A stretch of DNA of 64,000 bases from a virus. Position 1 is the stretch's first letter. Each line of letters opens with the position of its first letter. The translations under genes and the position numbers were made by a program. Where the stretch lies: the IMG/VR virus record IMGVR_UViG_3300036832_001166, positions 32,001 to 96,000 of that record; one strand, written 5' to 3'. Under the pieces are notes generated by a model. That model was not told the DNA's origin, ran no database searches, and saw only the letters and a list, made by a program, of their open reading frames with translations. Below are positions 38,443 to 48,294 of this stretch, piece by piece.

Positions 38443-38976
38443 ATGAGCACCATCGAACCCAACGCTCTCGACTACGACCTGATCCCGCCCGACCCGGGGC
38501 TGATCAACCCGGATCTCGCGCTCGACGCTGCGCTCGCGCCCGTCGAGGATCCGGAGACGGACGCGCCGATCCCGTTCGGCAAGAGCTGGCGGTTTGACTT
38601 CATCGCCGGACAGTTCGTGCGCAACGGAACCGCGCCGCAGGAGACCTACGAGCTGGACAGCCTGATCATGTGGATCGAGAAGGCGGCGCGCACCGACCGC
38701 TACGCCCACCCGATGTACTCCGACGCGTACGGCGTCGAGGGCCCGCTGGACCTAATCGGCGTGCAGGCCGACGACGACCAACTCTCCGCCTACCAGGACG
38801 CGCTCACTGATGCGCTGCTGGTCCACGACCGGATCACCGCCGTCGAGGACTTCAACTTCAGCCAGGATCCGTTTGACGAGGTGCTCTACGCATCCTTCAC
38901 AGTGGTCGTGGATGCGGCGCCGCCGCTGGAGGCCCAGCCGCTGGAGTTCTCAAACATCCCCATCACCGGCTCATGA
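38443..38976 (+). CDS. Baseplate wedge protein (gp25/XkdS-like)
   Basis: TDRYAHPMYSDAYG...DALLVHDRITAVEDF. Confidence 0.8.
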   Translation: MSTIEPNALDYDLIPPDPGLINPDLALDAALAPVEDPETDAPIPFGKSWRFDFIAGQFVRNGTAPQETYELDSLIMWIEKAARTDRYAHPMYSDAYGVEGPLDLIGVQADDDQLSAYQDALTDALLVHDRITAVEDFNFSQDPFDEVLYASFTVVVDAAPPLEAQPLEFSNIPITGS

Positions 38977-40475
38977 GCACCACCAGCCCCACCTCCACCG
39001 ACGTCATCGACCTCACCGAGATCTTCTCCGAGACGCTGGCGCGCGTCCGCGCTCGCATGGATCAGGACGCCAACGCGGGCCTGACCACGGACGACCCGGA
39101 CTGGATCGACACCCGCGAAGGGACGTTCTACTGGGACATGACTCAGCCCGCTGCGATGGAGTGCGCGCGGCTATGGGACGCGATGACCGAGACGATCGCT
39201 GCGGCGTTCCCGTCGACCGCATGGGGCGACTACCTCGACGAGCACGGCGCGACGTTCAACCTGTTCCGCAACCCTGCGCAGGCGGCGACCGGCTCGTTGA
39301 CGTTCATCGCGTCGTCGGCGACGCTGATCGCGGCCGGGGCTCAGGCGTCGGCGGTCTCTCCGATCACCGGCGACACGCAGAGCTACCAGACGACCGCGAG
39401 CGGCACCACGAGCACGCCGCTACCCGTGCCCGGCGGCGTGACTGTCACCCCGGCCGCCTCCGGCGGCACGCTGACGGCGGGCACCCGCTACTACCACGTG
39501 ACCGCGCTGAACGCGTTCGGGGAGACGACCGGCAGCGCCGACGTCGCGGGTGTCACGACGGGCACGACCGGCCAGAACACGATCGCGTGGACCGCCGTGA
39601 CGGGCGCGACCTCCTACCGGGTGTACGTCACACAGACGCCAAACTCGACCGGCCTGCTGATCGCCTCGATCACCGGCACGAGCTACGTCGACAGGGGGAG
39701 CGTCACTCCGGATCCGGCGTCGCCCGAGCCGACGACGAACACGACGTCGGGGGTCACGCTCTCGGCGGTCGCGATGACGGCAGGCACGGCAGGCGACGCG
39801 GCCCCCAATGCCGTCACGTCGCTCGACACGGTCATGCCGACGGTGATCTCGGTCACGAACCTGGTCCCGATGGACGGCGGCGCCGAGGTCGAATCCGACG
39901 ATGACTTCCGCGACCGGATCCTCGGCGAGTATGTCGGCACCTCGGGCGGCGGCAACGTCGTGGACTACCAGCGCTGGGCAGCGTCGCAGGGCGTCGCACG
40001 CGCGGCGGTGATCCCCGCCTGGCAGGGCGCGGGCACCGTGCTGGTCATCGCCATGAACTCGAACGGCACGCCGGTCGCAAGCACGGTGGTTACGACGCTC
40101 CAGCAGTTCCTCGATCCCGTGCCGGGGCTCGGTCAGGGCCAGGCGCCGGTTGGTGCGACGGTGACCGTTGTCACGTCCTCGATCCTAGGGGTCGCGATCG
40201 TCGCCGGGGTCGACGGCGAGAACGGCTACACGCTGGACGGCACCGGCAACACCATCGCGACGCGCTCGGCGATCCTGACGGCGCTGACCACCTATCTGCA
40301 GGGCCTGCAGCCGGGCGACACCATCGTCTACACGCACGTGCAGGCGTGCTTCTTCATCACCGGCGTCCACCAGGTGACGGGCCTGACGGTGAACGGTGGC
40401 GCAGCGAACATCACGCTCACGACTACGCCGCCGCAGGTCGCGCAGCTCGCCAGCGCAACGCTGACTGACGTCTAG
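38973..40475 (+). CDS. Baseplate J-like protein with inserted Ig/FN3-like domain
   Basis: WGDYLDEHG; GGAEVESDDDFRDRI; GGNVVDYQRWA; insertion with YYHVTALNAFGET. Confidence 0.88.
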   Translation: MSTTSPTSTDVIDLTEIFSETLARVRARMDQDANAGLTTDDPDWIDTREGTFYWDMTQPAAMECARLWDAMTETIAAAFPSTAWGDYLDEHGATFNLFRNPAQAATGSLTFIASSATLIAAGAQASAVSPITGDTQSYQTTASGTTSTPLPVPGGVTVTPAASGGTLTAGTRYYHVTALNAFGETTGSADVAGVTTGTTGQNTIAWTAVTGATSYRVYVTQTPNSTGLLIASITGTSYVDRGSVTPDPASPEPTTNTTSGVTLSAVAMTAGTAGDAAPNAVTSLDTVMPTVISVTNLVPMDGGAEVESDDDFRDRILGEYVGTSGGGNVVDYQRWAASQGVARAAVIPAWQGAGTVLVIAMNSNGTPVASTVVTTLQQFLDPVPGLGQGQAPVGATVTVVTSSILGVAIVAGVDGENGYTLDGTGNTIATRSAILTALTTYLQGLQPGDTIVYTHVQACFFITGVHQVTGLTVNGGAANITLTTTPPQVAQLASATLTDV

Positions 40476-41711
40476 ATGGCTGCCGTCCCTCTCACCGCGG
40501 GCGCGAGCGCCGTAGCGCAGGCGCTGGCAACAACCCGCGCGGGATCCCAGCTCGTCGCTGTCGCCATCGCACGCACCGGAACGACAGCGCTCGTTCTTTG
40601 GCCCGGCGAAGCGCCGCCGGTGTCGATCGACCCTCTCGCTGTGTTCAGCACGCTGCCGGAAGTGGACCCGATTGACCTGCTCGACGAGGTGCCGCCGTAC
40701 GAGCGCGAGGCCTACGAGATCCAAGCCGTGCTGCAGGTCGTCGGCAACGAGCTGCTCCGGCTTGAAACGGCACGCCAGGCGGTGGCGCTGAACTTCCTGC
40801 CCGGCAGCGCCGACGCGCTGCTGCCGATGTTCGAGCAGCTTCTCGGCCTGCCCGTCGACCCGCCCGGGCTGACGCTCGCGTCTCGTCAGCAGCTCGTGCA
40901 GGCCAGCATGCTGCGCCTGAAGGGTCAAGGCAGCGGCCTGGACTGGGAGGCAGCAATCAGCTCGCTGCTCGGCGGAAGCTGGAGTTATCAGGAGTCTGAC
41001 CCGAACAAGGTGGCGACGAACTACGTCCCGAATCCGTCGTTTGAGCGCGACACAGTCGGTCAGGCTCCGGTGGGATGGGGGAGCCATCCGGGCGGCTGGT
41101 CGCACCTTGTCACCGGGGCGACGCTGATCGTCGGCTCTGGCGGCTACGTCGGAACGCGGCGTCTGCAGGTCACCACGGCAGGCGCGACGCAGGGCATAGC
41201 CATCTCGCTCGGCGCGCTTCCCGCGGGGAACTACACGACGCAGATTGCGGTTCGGGGGGATCAGGGCGGCGAGACGATCACCTGCGTAGCAGGTCAGGAC
41301 GCAGCCTCGGTATCCACGCCGGTCATCACGCTCACCACGGCATGGCAGCTCGTCACCGTGCCGTCGTTCACCTCCGCTGGTGCGAACCCGAGCTTCGTAT
41401 GCGTTCAGCAGTCGGGCGCGGGATCCGAGGTCTTCTACGTCGACGCCGTGATCACCGTACAGGGCACCTTCGTCCCCCCCTACTTCGACGGCGACACCGC
41501 CGGGGCTATCTGGAGCGGCACGCCCGGGAACAGCTCAAGCTCGTGGGCCGCCGCGGTGCCCGCTAACACCGTCTCGATCAAGATTCCCCAGGCGATGGCA
41601 GGCATCGCCTGGCCGTTCATCCGCGACCTCACGCCCGCGCACCTCGCGATCATCGAGGGCTACTCCGACGGCTTCTTCGTCGACATCTCGACCATCGGAA
41701 GCCATCTGTGA
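40476..41711 (+). CDS. Baseplate gpI/XkdU-like protein with inserted carbohydrate-binding-like domain
   Basis: LLPMFEQLLGLP...SRQQLV; NYVPNPSFE...YVDAV...YFDG; PAHLA at C-terminus. Confidence 0.75.
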   Translation: MAAVPLTAGASAVAQALATTRAGSQLVAVAIARTGTTALVLWPGEAPPVSIDPLAVFSTLPEVDPIDLLDEVPPYEREAYEIQAVLQVVGNELLRLETARQAVALNFLPGSADALLPMFEQLLGLPVDPPGLTLASRQQLVQASMLRLKGQGSGLDWEAAISSLLGGSWSYQESDPNKVATNYVPNPSFERDTVGQAPVGWGSHPGGWSHLVTGATLIVGSGGYVGTRRLQVTTAGATQGIAISLGALPAGNYTTQIAVRGDQGGETITCVAGQDAASVSTPVITLTTAWQLVTVPSFTSAGANPSFVCVQQSGAGSEVFYVDAVITVQGTFVPPYFDGDTAGAIWSGTPGNSSSSWAAAVPANTVSIKIPQAMAGIAWPFIRDLTPAHLAIIEGYSDGFFVDISTIGSHL

Positions 41712-41742
41712 GCGAGCCCAGACCCGAACGTAGGCTTGAGCC

Positions 41743-42894
41743 GTGAGCAAGCATCGACAGCTCAGCTACGGCCAGCCGATTCCGCAGGACTTCCTGGACG
41801 CGCTGCAGGAGTTCATCGGTAGCGCCAGCCGGAACCTGGTCCTGACACAGATCGGCACCAACCAGATCCAGATCAGCGCGGGCACCGGCAACGCGCAGGT
41901 GTCGCTCGGGATCGACGGCCTGTGGCGTTACATCAGCTCGACCGTGCAGGCGACCGTGACCGGCGCTGCCGGGACCTACAGCATCTACGCCACCACCGGC
42001 AACAACTCATTCGCGATCAACCCGACACCGCCACCGCCCGAGATCGACTCAACCGACTACACGTTCGCGCTGACCGCGCTGCTCAGCGGCACCCCCGGGA
42101 CCGCGCACTTCCGCAAGATCGGGGAGGCGATCTTCGACGGGACGCGCATCCTGAACCTCCGCCAGCTCGTCGGCGGCATGGACGGCGCGCAGCTCTGGCA
42201 GCCGGGCGACATCAAACTGACCGGCGCGGCCGCCCCCGCCGCCGGATGGCTTGCCTGTGACGGCTCCGCGGTGAGCCGTGCTACCTACCCGGCGCTGTTC
42301 GCGGCACTCGGCGGCACCACCTCGCCGTGGGGTCAGGGCGACGGTTCGACCACGTTCAACGTGCCCGACTTTCGCAGCCGCGCTCCGATCGGAGCGGGCC
42401 AGGGCGCGGGCCTGACCAACCGCGTCCAAGGCTCCTACGGCGGCGGGACGCTTGATGTGGCCAATCCCAAGCGCGGCGAGGAGACTCACGTGCTGGCCGC
42501 GGCTGAGTCGGGCACCAACGGCAGCGGCGGTACCGGCATCGACTCCAACGACCACTCGCACGGCGTCAACATCAACAGCGGCGGCGCGAGCGCCCGGCAC
42601 AACCACTACACGGTCGGCAATGCCCAGGCGGTGCCGTCGGCAGGAAGCTGGCCGGAGGCCGCTGGCGGTGCGAGCATCTCCGCCGGGGCCTACCCGTATA
42701 TGTATCCCGGCGCGAGCTTCACCGGCAGTCAGGTTGGAACCAGCAACGACCTGCAGGACCACGCGCACAACGTCAACGGCGGCACCAGCGGGGTCAGTGC
42801 CTGGCACACGCACGCGCTCACCGCGCGCAATGCCGACAGCGCGCACAACAACATGCCCCCCTGGGTGGCGGCGCTCTACATCATCAAGACGTGA
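41743..42894 (+). CDS. Tail fibre protein with phage tail collar domain
   Basis: PGDIKL...GWLACDGSAVSRATYPALFAALG...GDGSTTFNVPDFR; HNNMPPW..LYIIKT. Confidence 0.88.
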   Translation: MSKHRQLSYGQPIPQDFLDALQEFIGSASRNLVLTQIGTNQIQISAGTGNAQVSLGIDGLWRYISSTVQATVTGAAGTYSIYATTGNNSFAINPTPPPPEIDSTDYTFALTALLSGTPGTAHFRKIGEAIFDGTRILNLRQLVGGMDGAQLWQPGDIKLTGAAAPAAGWLACDGSAVSRATYPALFAALGGTTSPWGQGDGSTTFNVPDFRSRAPIGAGQGAGLTNRVQGSYGGGTLDVANPKRGEETHVLAAAESGTNGSGGTGIDSNDHSHGVNINSGGASARHNHYTVGNAQAVPSAGSWPEAAGGASISAGAYPYMYPGASFTGSQVGTSNDLQDHAHNVNGGTSGVSAWHTHALTARNADSAHNNMPPWVAALYIIKT

Positions 42895-42973
42895 GCCACC
42901 GTGTATCCTGCGAGGCGCGAGGACGCGAACGGCCCTCACTCCTCGGTCGGGATTGAAGCGTTCGCGTCTCGCT

Positions 42974-43004
42974 GAAACGGCCGCCCCACAGAGGCGGCCG
43001 TTTC
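42974..43004. terminator. Bidirectional terminator between convergent tail and recombination operons
   Basis: GAAACGGCCGCC / GGCGGCCGTTTC inverted repeat. Confidence 0.75.
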
Positions 43005-43044
43005 TGTTCCCGACCCCCAGGTAGGGAGGGGGGCCCGGAAAGGC

Positions 43045-43980
43045 TTACGCGGCGGTTGTGGGGCTCTCGGGAGCATCCTCGACGGCTTCGCCCTCGATGG
43101 GGAGCGATCCGCCGTGGCGCAGCACGAAGTCGGTGACCTCCTGCAAGATCGCGGTCCGCTGCGCCTGATCGGCTCCGGCGAGCTTGAGCCGCACCTTCTG
43201 CGGCAGGAAGCTGCCAGGCCGCAGCCGGTTGGCCTCCTTGAACGCGCCCTGTAGACGCCGCCCCAGCTCCTCGTCCGGACCCCAGTCGGGCTCCTGCTCG
43301 ACCGCCTGGTCGGCCTCGACGATCCCGCCGACCCGCTCGTCGTAGTGGGCGCCGACCTCGTCCTCGGGGATCAGGCCGGTGATCGAGAACGCCTTGCGTA
43401 GCGCCATCGACTCCGCGACCTTCAGGATCATCGCGTCCGGGTAGTTGGTCCACGCCTTGTTGCTGCGCTTGTAGCTCGCGTACTTGGCCAGGAAGAACGT
43501 CGGCTTGCGCCCGTCGCGGAACACGCGGCACCACGAGCCGACGATGTTGGACGTCAGCCGCTCCATCGCCGCCACCGGCGCGTAGGTGTGAACGAAACCG
43601 TCAGGGCCGCGGGCGATGACGTCCTGGGCGTAGATGACGTCGCCCTCCATGCCGCCGAACGCGTCGTTGCGGTTGGCGATGGCCAGCAGCCCGTCGCGGG
43701 CGACGATCGTCTGGTAGCTCGGCGGCTCGCCGTCCTTGCCCGGCATCTTCGCCAGGTACACCTGCTTGGCGAACGGGTCGAGCTGGTAGCGCCCGACCAG
43801 CTCCAGGAACATCAGGAACGCGTTGTCGTCAGCGCCGCGGGCGACGGTCCGTTTCATCAGCGCGAGCTGCTCGTTATCGAACGCGAACCGCGCCGGATGC
43901 GTCAGCGGCGTCGGCATCGCCCTGACCGTCAGCTTGCTTCCGGGCCTCTCGGCCTCTGGCTTTACCTCGGTCTCAGCCAT
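43045..43980 (-). CDS. bet: Bet/RecT-family single-strand annealing recombinase
   Basis: FLELVGRYQLDPFAKQVY; DGLLAIA; WTNYPDAMILKVAESMALRKAF. Confidence 0.88.
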   Translation of the reverse strand: MAETEVKPEAERPGSKLTVRAMPTPLTHPARFAFDNEQLALMKRTVARGADDNAFLMFLELVGRYQLDPFAKQVYLAKMPGKDGEPPSYQTIVARDGLLAIANRNDAFGGMEGDVIYAQDVIARGPDGFVHTYAPVAAMERLTSNIVGSWCRVFRDGRKPTFFLAKYASYKRSNKAWTNYPDAMILKVAESMALRKAFSITGLIPEDEVGAHYDERVGGIVEADQAVEQEPDWGPDEELGRRLQGAFKEANRLRPGSFLPQKVRLKLAGADQAQRTAILQEVTDFVLRHGGSLPIEGEAVEDAPESPTTAA

Positions 43981-45178
43981 TCTGTCTCCTCTGTTCGGCC
44001 AGCTCCAGAGAGGCGCGGAGCTGCTCCTCCAGGTCGGGCTCTGGTTCCATCTGCGGCTTAGGGATGTGGATGTCGAAGCGCGTGCCGATCTCGTCACGGT
44101 AGAGATCCTCCGGCGACCGGCCCGTCGCCAGCGCGTTCGCGGTCTCCTCCCGCGTCGGGCGCCGGACCCGCTTCTGGACGCGGTGGCCGTACACCCGGTT
44201 GGCTTTCGCGTCACGGACCGGCACCGGCCCATGCACCGCCGCCCACGCCTTCAGCGCCTCCTTGTTCTGAGCGATCGCCTTCTCGCCGACCAGTACCTGC
44301 TCGACGGCCAGCTCCGCCTCCTCCTCGCTGCGGATCGCACCGCGGCGCCGGGCCTTCGGGAAGATCGGGCAGGCCATCGGCCGCGGGCAGTGGCCGCAAT
44401 GGTTGCCGGGGCTCGGATGCCACACGTCCTCCTGCACCGACCGGTCAAACCGCTCGATCAGCGCCGCCATGCTCTGCTCGATCTCCGGGAGCTGATCGCG
44501 GTACAGCGTCGCCTCCCGCGGCTGCGAGTACCGCGGATAGAACTCCCGCAGCGTGATCGACGTGAACGGCAGATGGTTGCGGAAGCACAGCAGCGCGTAC
44601 GCCCGCTGCTGGAAGAACCCCGACTCGGAGATCTCCGACGGCGGCGGCAGCCACCAGCCTGTTTTCCAATCCAGGACGATGCCGCGCTCCAGGTTCTCGC
44701 CCTCCGCGAACAGGGCGTCGAGCTGCCCGGAGAAGATCCGCTCGACCGAGCCGCCGTCCGGGTTGGGGTAGTACAGCGTCGCGGCTAGGCGCTCCTCGAC
44801 CGACACGAGCCCGGCGATGTTCCAGTCCGTCTCGTGGCAGAACTTCTTGGTCATCCAGATCAGGTCATTGATCTCCTTCATCGGGCAGGTGACCATGTCC
44901 TCGATCGGAACGTCGGCCTGCCGCAGCGTCTCCATCAGGATCGCCAGGCCGACATCAACCTCGATCCGCTCCTCGTCGCGTGCCGCCATCTCGCGCATCA
45001 TCTTCGCGGCGGCGCGGTGCCAGATGATCCCGCGTCCGGCCGCCGAGTCAGACCACGTCTTGCGGTAGCGGCGCTCAAACAGGCTGCCGAGCCCGCACTC
45101 GTCGAACGCCGACAGAGTGCTCTGGCGCACGGACGGGAACTCCTCCAGCGCCCTGGGATACGGCGTGCGCGCGATCAT
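43973..45178 (-). CDS. PD-(D/E)XK (RecB/Cas4-like) exonuclease
   Basis: GQLDAL...IVLDWKTG; QQRAYALL; HCGHCPRPMACP; paired with Bet. Confidence 0.88.
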   Translation of the reverse strand: MIARTPYPRALEEFPSVRQSTLSAFDECGLGSLFERRYRKTWSDSAAGRGIIWHRAAAKMMREMAARDEERIEVDVGLAILMETLRQADVPIEDMVTCPMKEINDLIWMTKKFCHETDWNIAGLVSVEERLAATLYYPNPDGGSVERIFSGQLDALFAEGENLERGIVLDWKTGWWLPPPSEISESGFFQQRAYALLCFRNHLPFTSITLREFYPRYSQPREATLYRDQLPEIEQSMAALIERFDRSVQEDVWHPSPGNHCGHCPRPMACPIFPKARRRGAIRSEEEAELAVEQVLVGEKAIAQNKEALKAWAAVHGPVPVRDAKANRVYGHRVQKRVRRPTREETANALATGRSPEDLYRDEIGTRFDIHIPKPQMEPEPDLEEQLRASLELAEQRRQNG

Positions 45179-45320
45179 GCGCGGGGTCCTCCTCGGTCGG
45201 TTGAGACCATCCTGGCAGGCACGTCGGACGGTACTCCGACATCATCCGAATCGAAGTACCGGCGCGTCCTGCATCCAGCGTAGAGTCCGAGCCCGTGTCC
45301 CGACCGAACCCGCCCGCTCC

Positions 45321-45908
45321 ATGACCGAAACAGCCGTTCGGGCTCGGGCGTGGCACCGGCAGGTAGTCGGCAGTCCGCCCAAACCGTGCGCCAAATGCAA
45401 GGGCAGGGTGCGCGTGCAAGGCCACCACATCATCACGCAGGTGAGGCTTGAGCGCGTCGAGCGCGAGCGTCATCTGGAGCCCGGCACCCTGGTCTGGGAT
45501 CCACGCTCAGGTGTCGTCCTTTGTGAGCGATGCCACGCCCGGCATACGAACGCTTTCAGCCGCATGTCACGCTCGCTGCTCACCGCGGAGAACTGGGCGT
45601 TCATCAACGAGCTGGAGCTTGACTGGTGGATTGCTCGCTACTACCCGGCGCCCCCGGCGGGACACGAACCCCACACCGAACCCCGAGGAGAGCGCAATGG
45701 CACGGCAGAACAGCAACGGCCAGGTCGTCGACGAGCAGGGCGAGCGGGAGTCATTGGACGACATGGACGGGCCGGAGGTGCTGGGCTCCCCGATCGAGGG
45801 CACAGCGGAGCAGCTCAGCTTCGATCTCGGGTCCGAGTGGGATCTGTCGGACTCGACGCTGAAACTGGCGCCGGTGCCGCCGCTGGCGGTGCAGGGACAG
45901 TTCTCTGA
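45321..45908 (+). CDS. HNH endonuclease-like protein
   Basis: CAKC...GHHII...LCERCHARH; its 3' about 210 nt overlap the next gene, so the end is uncertain. Confidence 0.65.
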   Translation: MTETAVRARAWHRQVVGSPPKPCAKCKGRVRVQGHHIITQVRLERVERERHLEPGTLVWDPRSGVVLCERCHARHTNAFSRMSRSLLTAENWAFINELELDWWIARYYPAPPAGHEPHTEPRGERNGTAEQQRPGRRRAGRAGVIGRHGRAGGAGLPDRGHSGAAQLRSRVRVGSVGLDAETGAGAAAGGAGTVL

Positions 45909-46047
45909 GGGTGACCGGGTCAGGGTCGTGCTGGAGATCGAGGTGGAGTACATCGCCTTCCCGCCGATCAAGGACAAGGGGTTCAGGGTCGGCACCGAGC
46001 GCCGACACTTCGGGCAGATCTTGTCTGCCGCTCACCTGACGGACTAG
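45697..46047 (+). CDS. Hypothetical protein
   Basis: GAGGAG RBS; GC3-biased codons. Confidence 0.7.
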   Translation: MARQNSNGQVVDEQGERESLDDMDGPEVLGSPIEGTAEQLSFDLGSEWDLSDSTLKLAPVPPLAVQGQFSEGDRVRVVLEIEVEYIAFPPIKDKGFRVGTERRHFGQILSAAHLTD

Positions 46048-46184
46048 CCCGCAAACTGCGGGATCTTTCCGGTTGTGGGCGCCCGGGGGCGGGTGTAACG
46101 TGAATGGTCTACCGGCCAAAGCGCACGTCGTGTGCTCGGCTGTCTTGTTCGCGTGGAACGGGCCCGGCGGGCCCTGGAGGTCGT

Positions 46185-47996
46185 ATGCCGTCTGAGGCTG
46201 TCACCAAGGTGCTGTCCCGTCTGTGGGCGTTGGACTGTGACGCGAAGGGCTCAGAGCAGCACGGCTGGAACGCCAAGTGCCCGGCGCACGAGGACCGCAG
46301 CCCGAGCCTGAAGCTCGACCAGGGCGACGACGGCCGCGCGCTGATCTACTGCCACGCCGGATGCACCCTGGAGGCGCTGACGGCCGCGATGGCGCTGGAC
46401 CCCTCAGACCTGTTTGAGGCCGAGCCCGCGCCGATCCCCGAGCGGGTCGTGATCGAACGCTACGACTACGTCGACGAGGACGGTACGTTGCTGTTCCAGG
46501 TCGAGCGGATGCGCCCCAAGGCGTTCCGCCAGCGCCGCCCCAACGGCCACGGCGGCTGGGAGTACTCCCTCGGCGATGTGCGCCGCGTCCTGTACCGGCT
46601 GCCGAAGGTGATCGAGGCGGTCAAGGCCGGGGAGATCATCTGTGTCGTCGAGGGCGAACGCGACGTCCACACCCTGGAGGGCAAGGGCAAGGTCGCGACG
46701 ACGTGCCCCGGCGGCGCCGGGAAGTGGCGCGACCAGTACTCAGAGACGCTCCGCGGCGCGAAGGTCGCGATCATCCAGGACGCCGACCCGCTCGATCCGA
46801 AGACCGGCAAGCGCCCCGGCCAGGATCACGCCCTGCAGGTCCGCGCGGCGTTGGACGGCGTCGCTGCTGCTGTCAAGGTGTTCCAGCCCGCCGTCGGCAA
46901 GGACGTCACCGACCACGTGAAGGGTGGCCTGCCGCTGTCTGAGCTGGTCGACGTCACCGACGGGGAGCCTGCTAGACCGAAGATGGAGGTGCTGTCCGCG
47001 CGCGCCATGATGGAGCTGCCGGACCCTGACCAGGAGGGGTACCTGCTCGGCCCGCTGATCTACCGCGGGCACCGCATCGTGATCGGCGGCTGGACCGGCC
47101 ACGGAAAGACCACCTTCTGCATGCACATGGTCGCCTCCGCCGTCGAGGGCCGCGAGTTCCTGCGGCCCGGCTGGACCGGCAAGGGCAAGCTCAAGGCGCT
47201 GGTCGTCGACGTCGAGCAGGGCACCAAGACCGTCAAACGCGTGCTCCGCGAGGTTGGCCTGGACCGCTCCGAGCAGGTGCAGTACCTACGCGTCGCTGAC
47301 GGGCTCGCGCTCGACAACGACCCGGACGCGATCGCGTTCATGGAGAAGACGCTGCACGAGGGCCACTTCGACATCGTCCTTGCCGACCCGCTGTACAAGC
47401 TCGGCCGCGGCGATCTCAACGACGCGCGCGCCGCCACCGACCTGATGCGCCGGTTCGATGACTGGCGTGAGCGCTACGAGTTCGCGCTGCTGCTGCCTAT
47501 GCACTGCCGCAAGCCGAAGGAGACCGCCAAGCTGTCCGCGCATGACTTGTTTGGAAGCAGTGCCTATCAATGGGGTGCCGAGGCCCTGCTCGGGATCGAG
47601 CGCAAGAGCCGGTCGCTCACCTGGCTGCACTGGTGGAAAGACCGCGAGGGCGAGCTGGTCGAGGACGGCGCGCAGCTCGGCGGCCACTGGAACCTGCACT
47701 TCGACCGGCGCCGCGGGTTTGAGAAGTACCCCGAGCATGAGCAGGACAAGCTCGTCGAGGTGTCCGCCACCCCCCGCTTCGATCTCGACGAGTTCTGCCT
47801 CGACGCGATCAAGCAGCTCGGCACCGCCACCCGCGAGGACATCCACCGCCGCCTGCGCCACCAGGGCCGACTCGATGTCAGCGTCGCGAAGATCACCCGC
47901 GCCTGCGAGCGACTCGGCGGCCGCGGCGTCATGAGCAACGGCGAACACTTCCTCAAGGACCGCGCCTACTACCTCCAGGACGAGCTGACGGTGTAG
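46185..47996 (+). CDS. Primase-helicase (zinc finger + TOPRIM + RepA/AAA_25 helicase)
   Basis: CPAHED...CHAGC; VVEGERD...DAD; GWTGHGKTT Walker A; IVLADP Walker B; MHCRK. Confidence 0.92.
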   Translation: MPSEAVTKVLSRLWALDCDAKGSEQHGWNAKCPAHEDRSPSLKLDQGDDGRALIYCHAGCTLEALTAAMALDPSDLFEAEPAPIPERVVIERYDYVDEDGTLLFQVERMRPKAFRQRRPNGHGGWEYSLGDVRRVLYRLPKVIEAVKAGEIICVVEGERDVHTLEGKGKVATTCPGGAGKWRDQYSETLRGAKVAIIQDADPLDPKTGKRPGQDHALQVRAALDGVAAAVKVFQPAVGKDVTDHVKGGLPLSELVDVTDGEPARPKMEVLSARAMMELPDPDQEGYLLGPLIYRGHRIVIGGWTGHGKTTFCMHMVASAVEGREFLRPGWTGKGKLKALVVDVEQGTKTVKRVLREVGLDRSEQVQYLRVADGLALDNDPDAIAFMEKTLHEGHFDIVLADPLYKLGRGDLNDARAATDLMRRFDDWRERYEFALLLPMHCRKPKETAKLSAHDLFGSSAYQWGAEALLGIERKSRSLTWLHWWKDREGELVEDGAQLGGHWNLHFDRRRGFEKYPEHEQDKLVEVSATPRFDLDEFCLDAIKQLGTATREDIHRRLRHQGRLDVSVAKITRACERLGGRGVMSNGEHFLKDRAYYLQDELTV

Positions 47997-48273
47997 GCGC
48001 GATCGCGATGGAGCCCCCACCCCGATAGGGCCACCAAGGGGACCACGGTCGCTCCTCGCCTGGAGCGGAGGCCGTCCGGTAGACCATTGAAGCGCGGAGC
48101 TTGTAGCCCGGGAACGGGGTGAAGTGCGTGGCGCGCTGAGGTCGACGGAGCCCGACGAACTGTCGATGGACTCAGCGTCGGAAGCTCAGGTTTTTCTGCT
48201 CCCCAGGGGCAGTAGGCCTAAGCCCTCGCCTGCCTCGGATCTTGCATCGGAAGGGCCCGACGGTAAGGGGGGG

Positions 48274-48282
48274 TGCTAACAT
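48274..48282 (+). promoter_or_regulatory. Extended -10 for the orphan GGY-NN RNA
   Basis: TG-C-TAACAT 12 nt upstream of the first unit. Confidence 0.5.
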
Positions 48283-48294
48283 CGTGTGCGATGC

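Noticed and set aside
42049-42948. CCGACCGAGGAG on the - strand plus a long antisense ORF over the tail fibre gene
   Set aside because: GTG overlaps the RBS with no spacing, it lies downstream of a terminator, and the translation is a typical GC-rich shadow ORF
43973-45178. Cas4 as spacer-acquisition partner of the RAMP
   Set aside because: Adjacent to Bet in a standard Exo/recombinase pair; nothing links it to the arrays
46040-46110. tRNA or other RNA gene in intergenic gaps
   Set aside because: Only a short CCCGCA/TGCGGG hairpin; no cloverleaf or T-loop consensus seen here or elsewhere by eye
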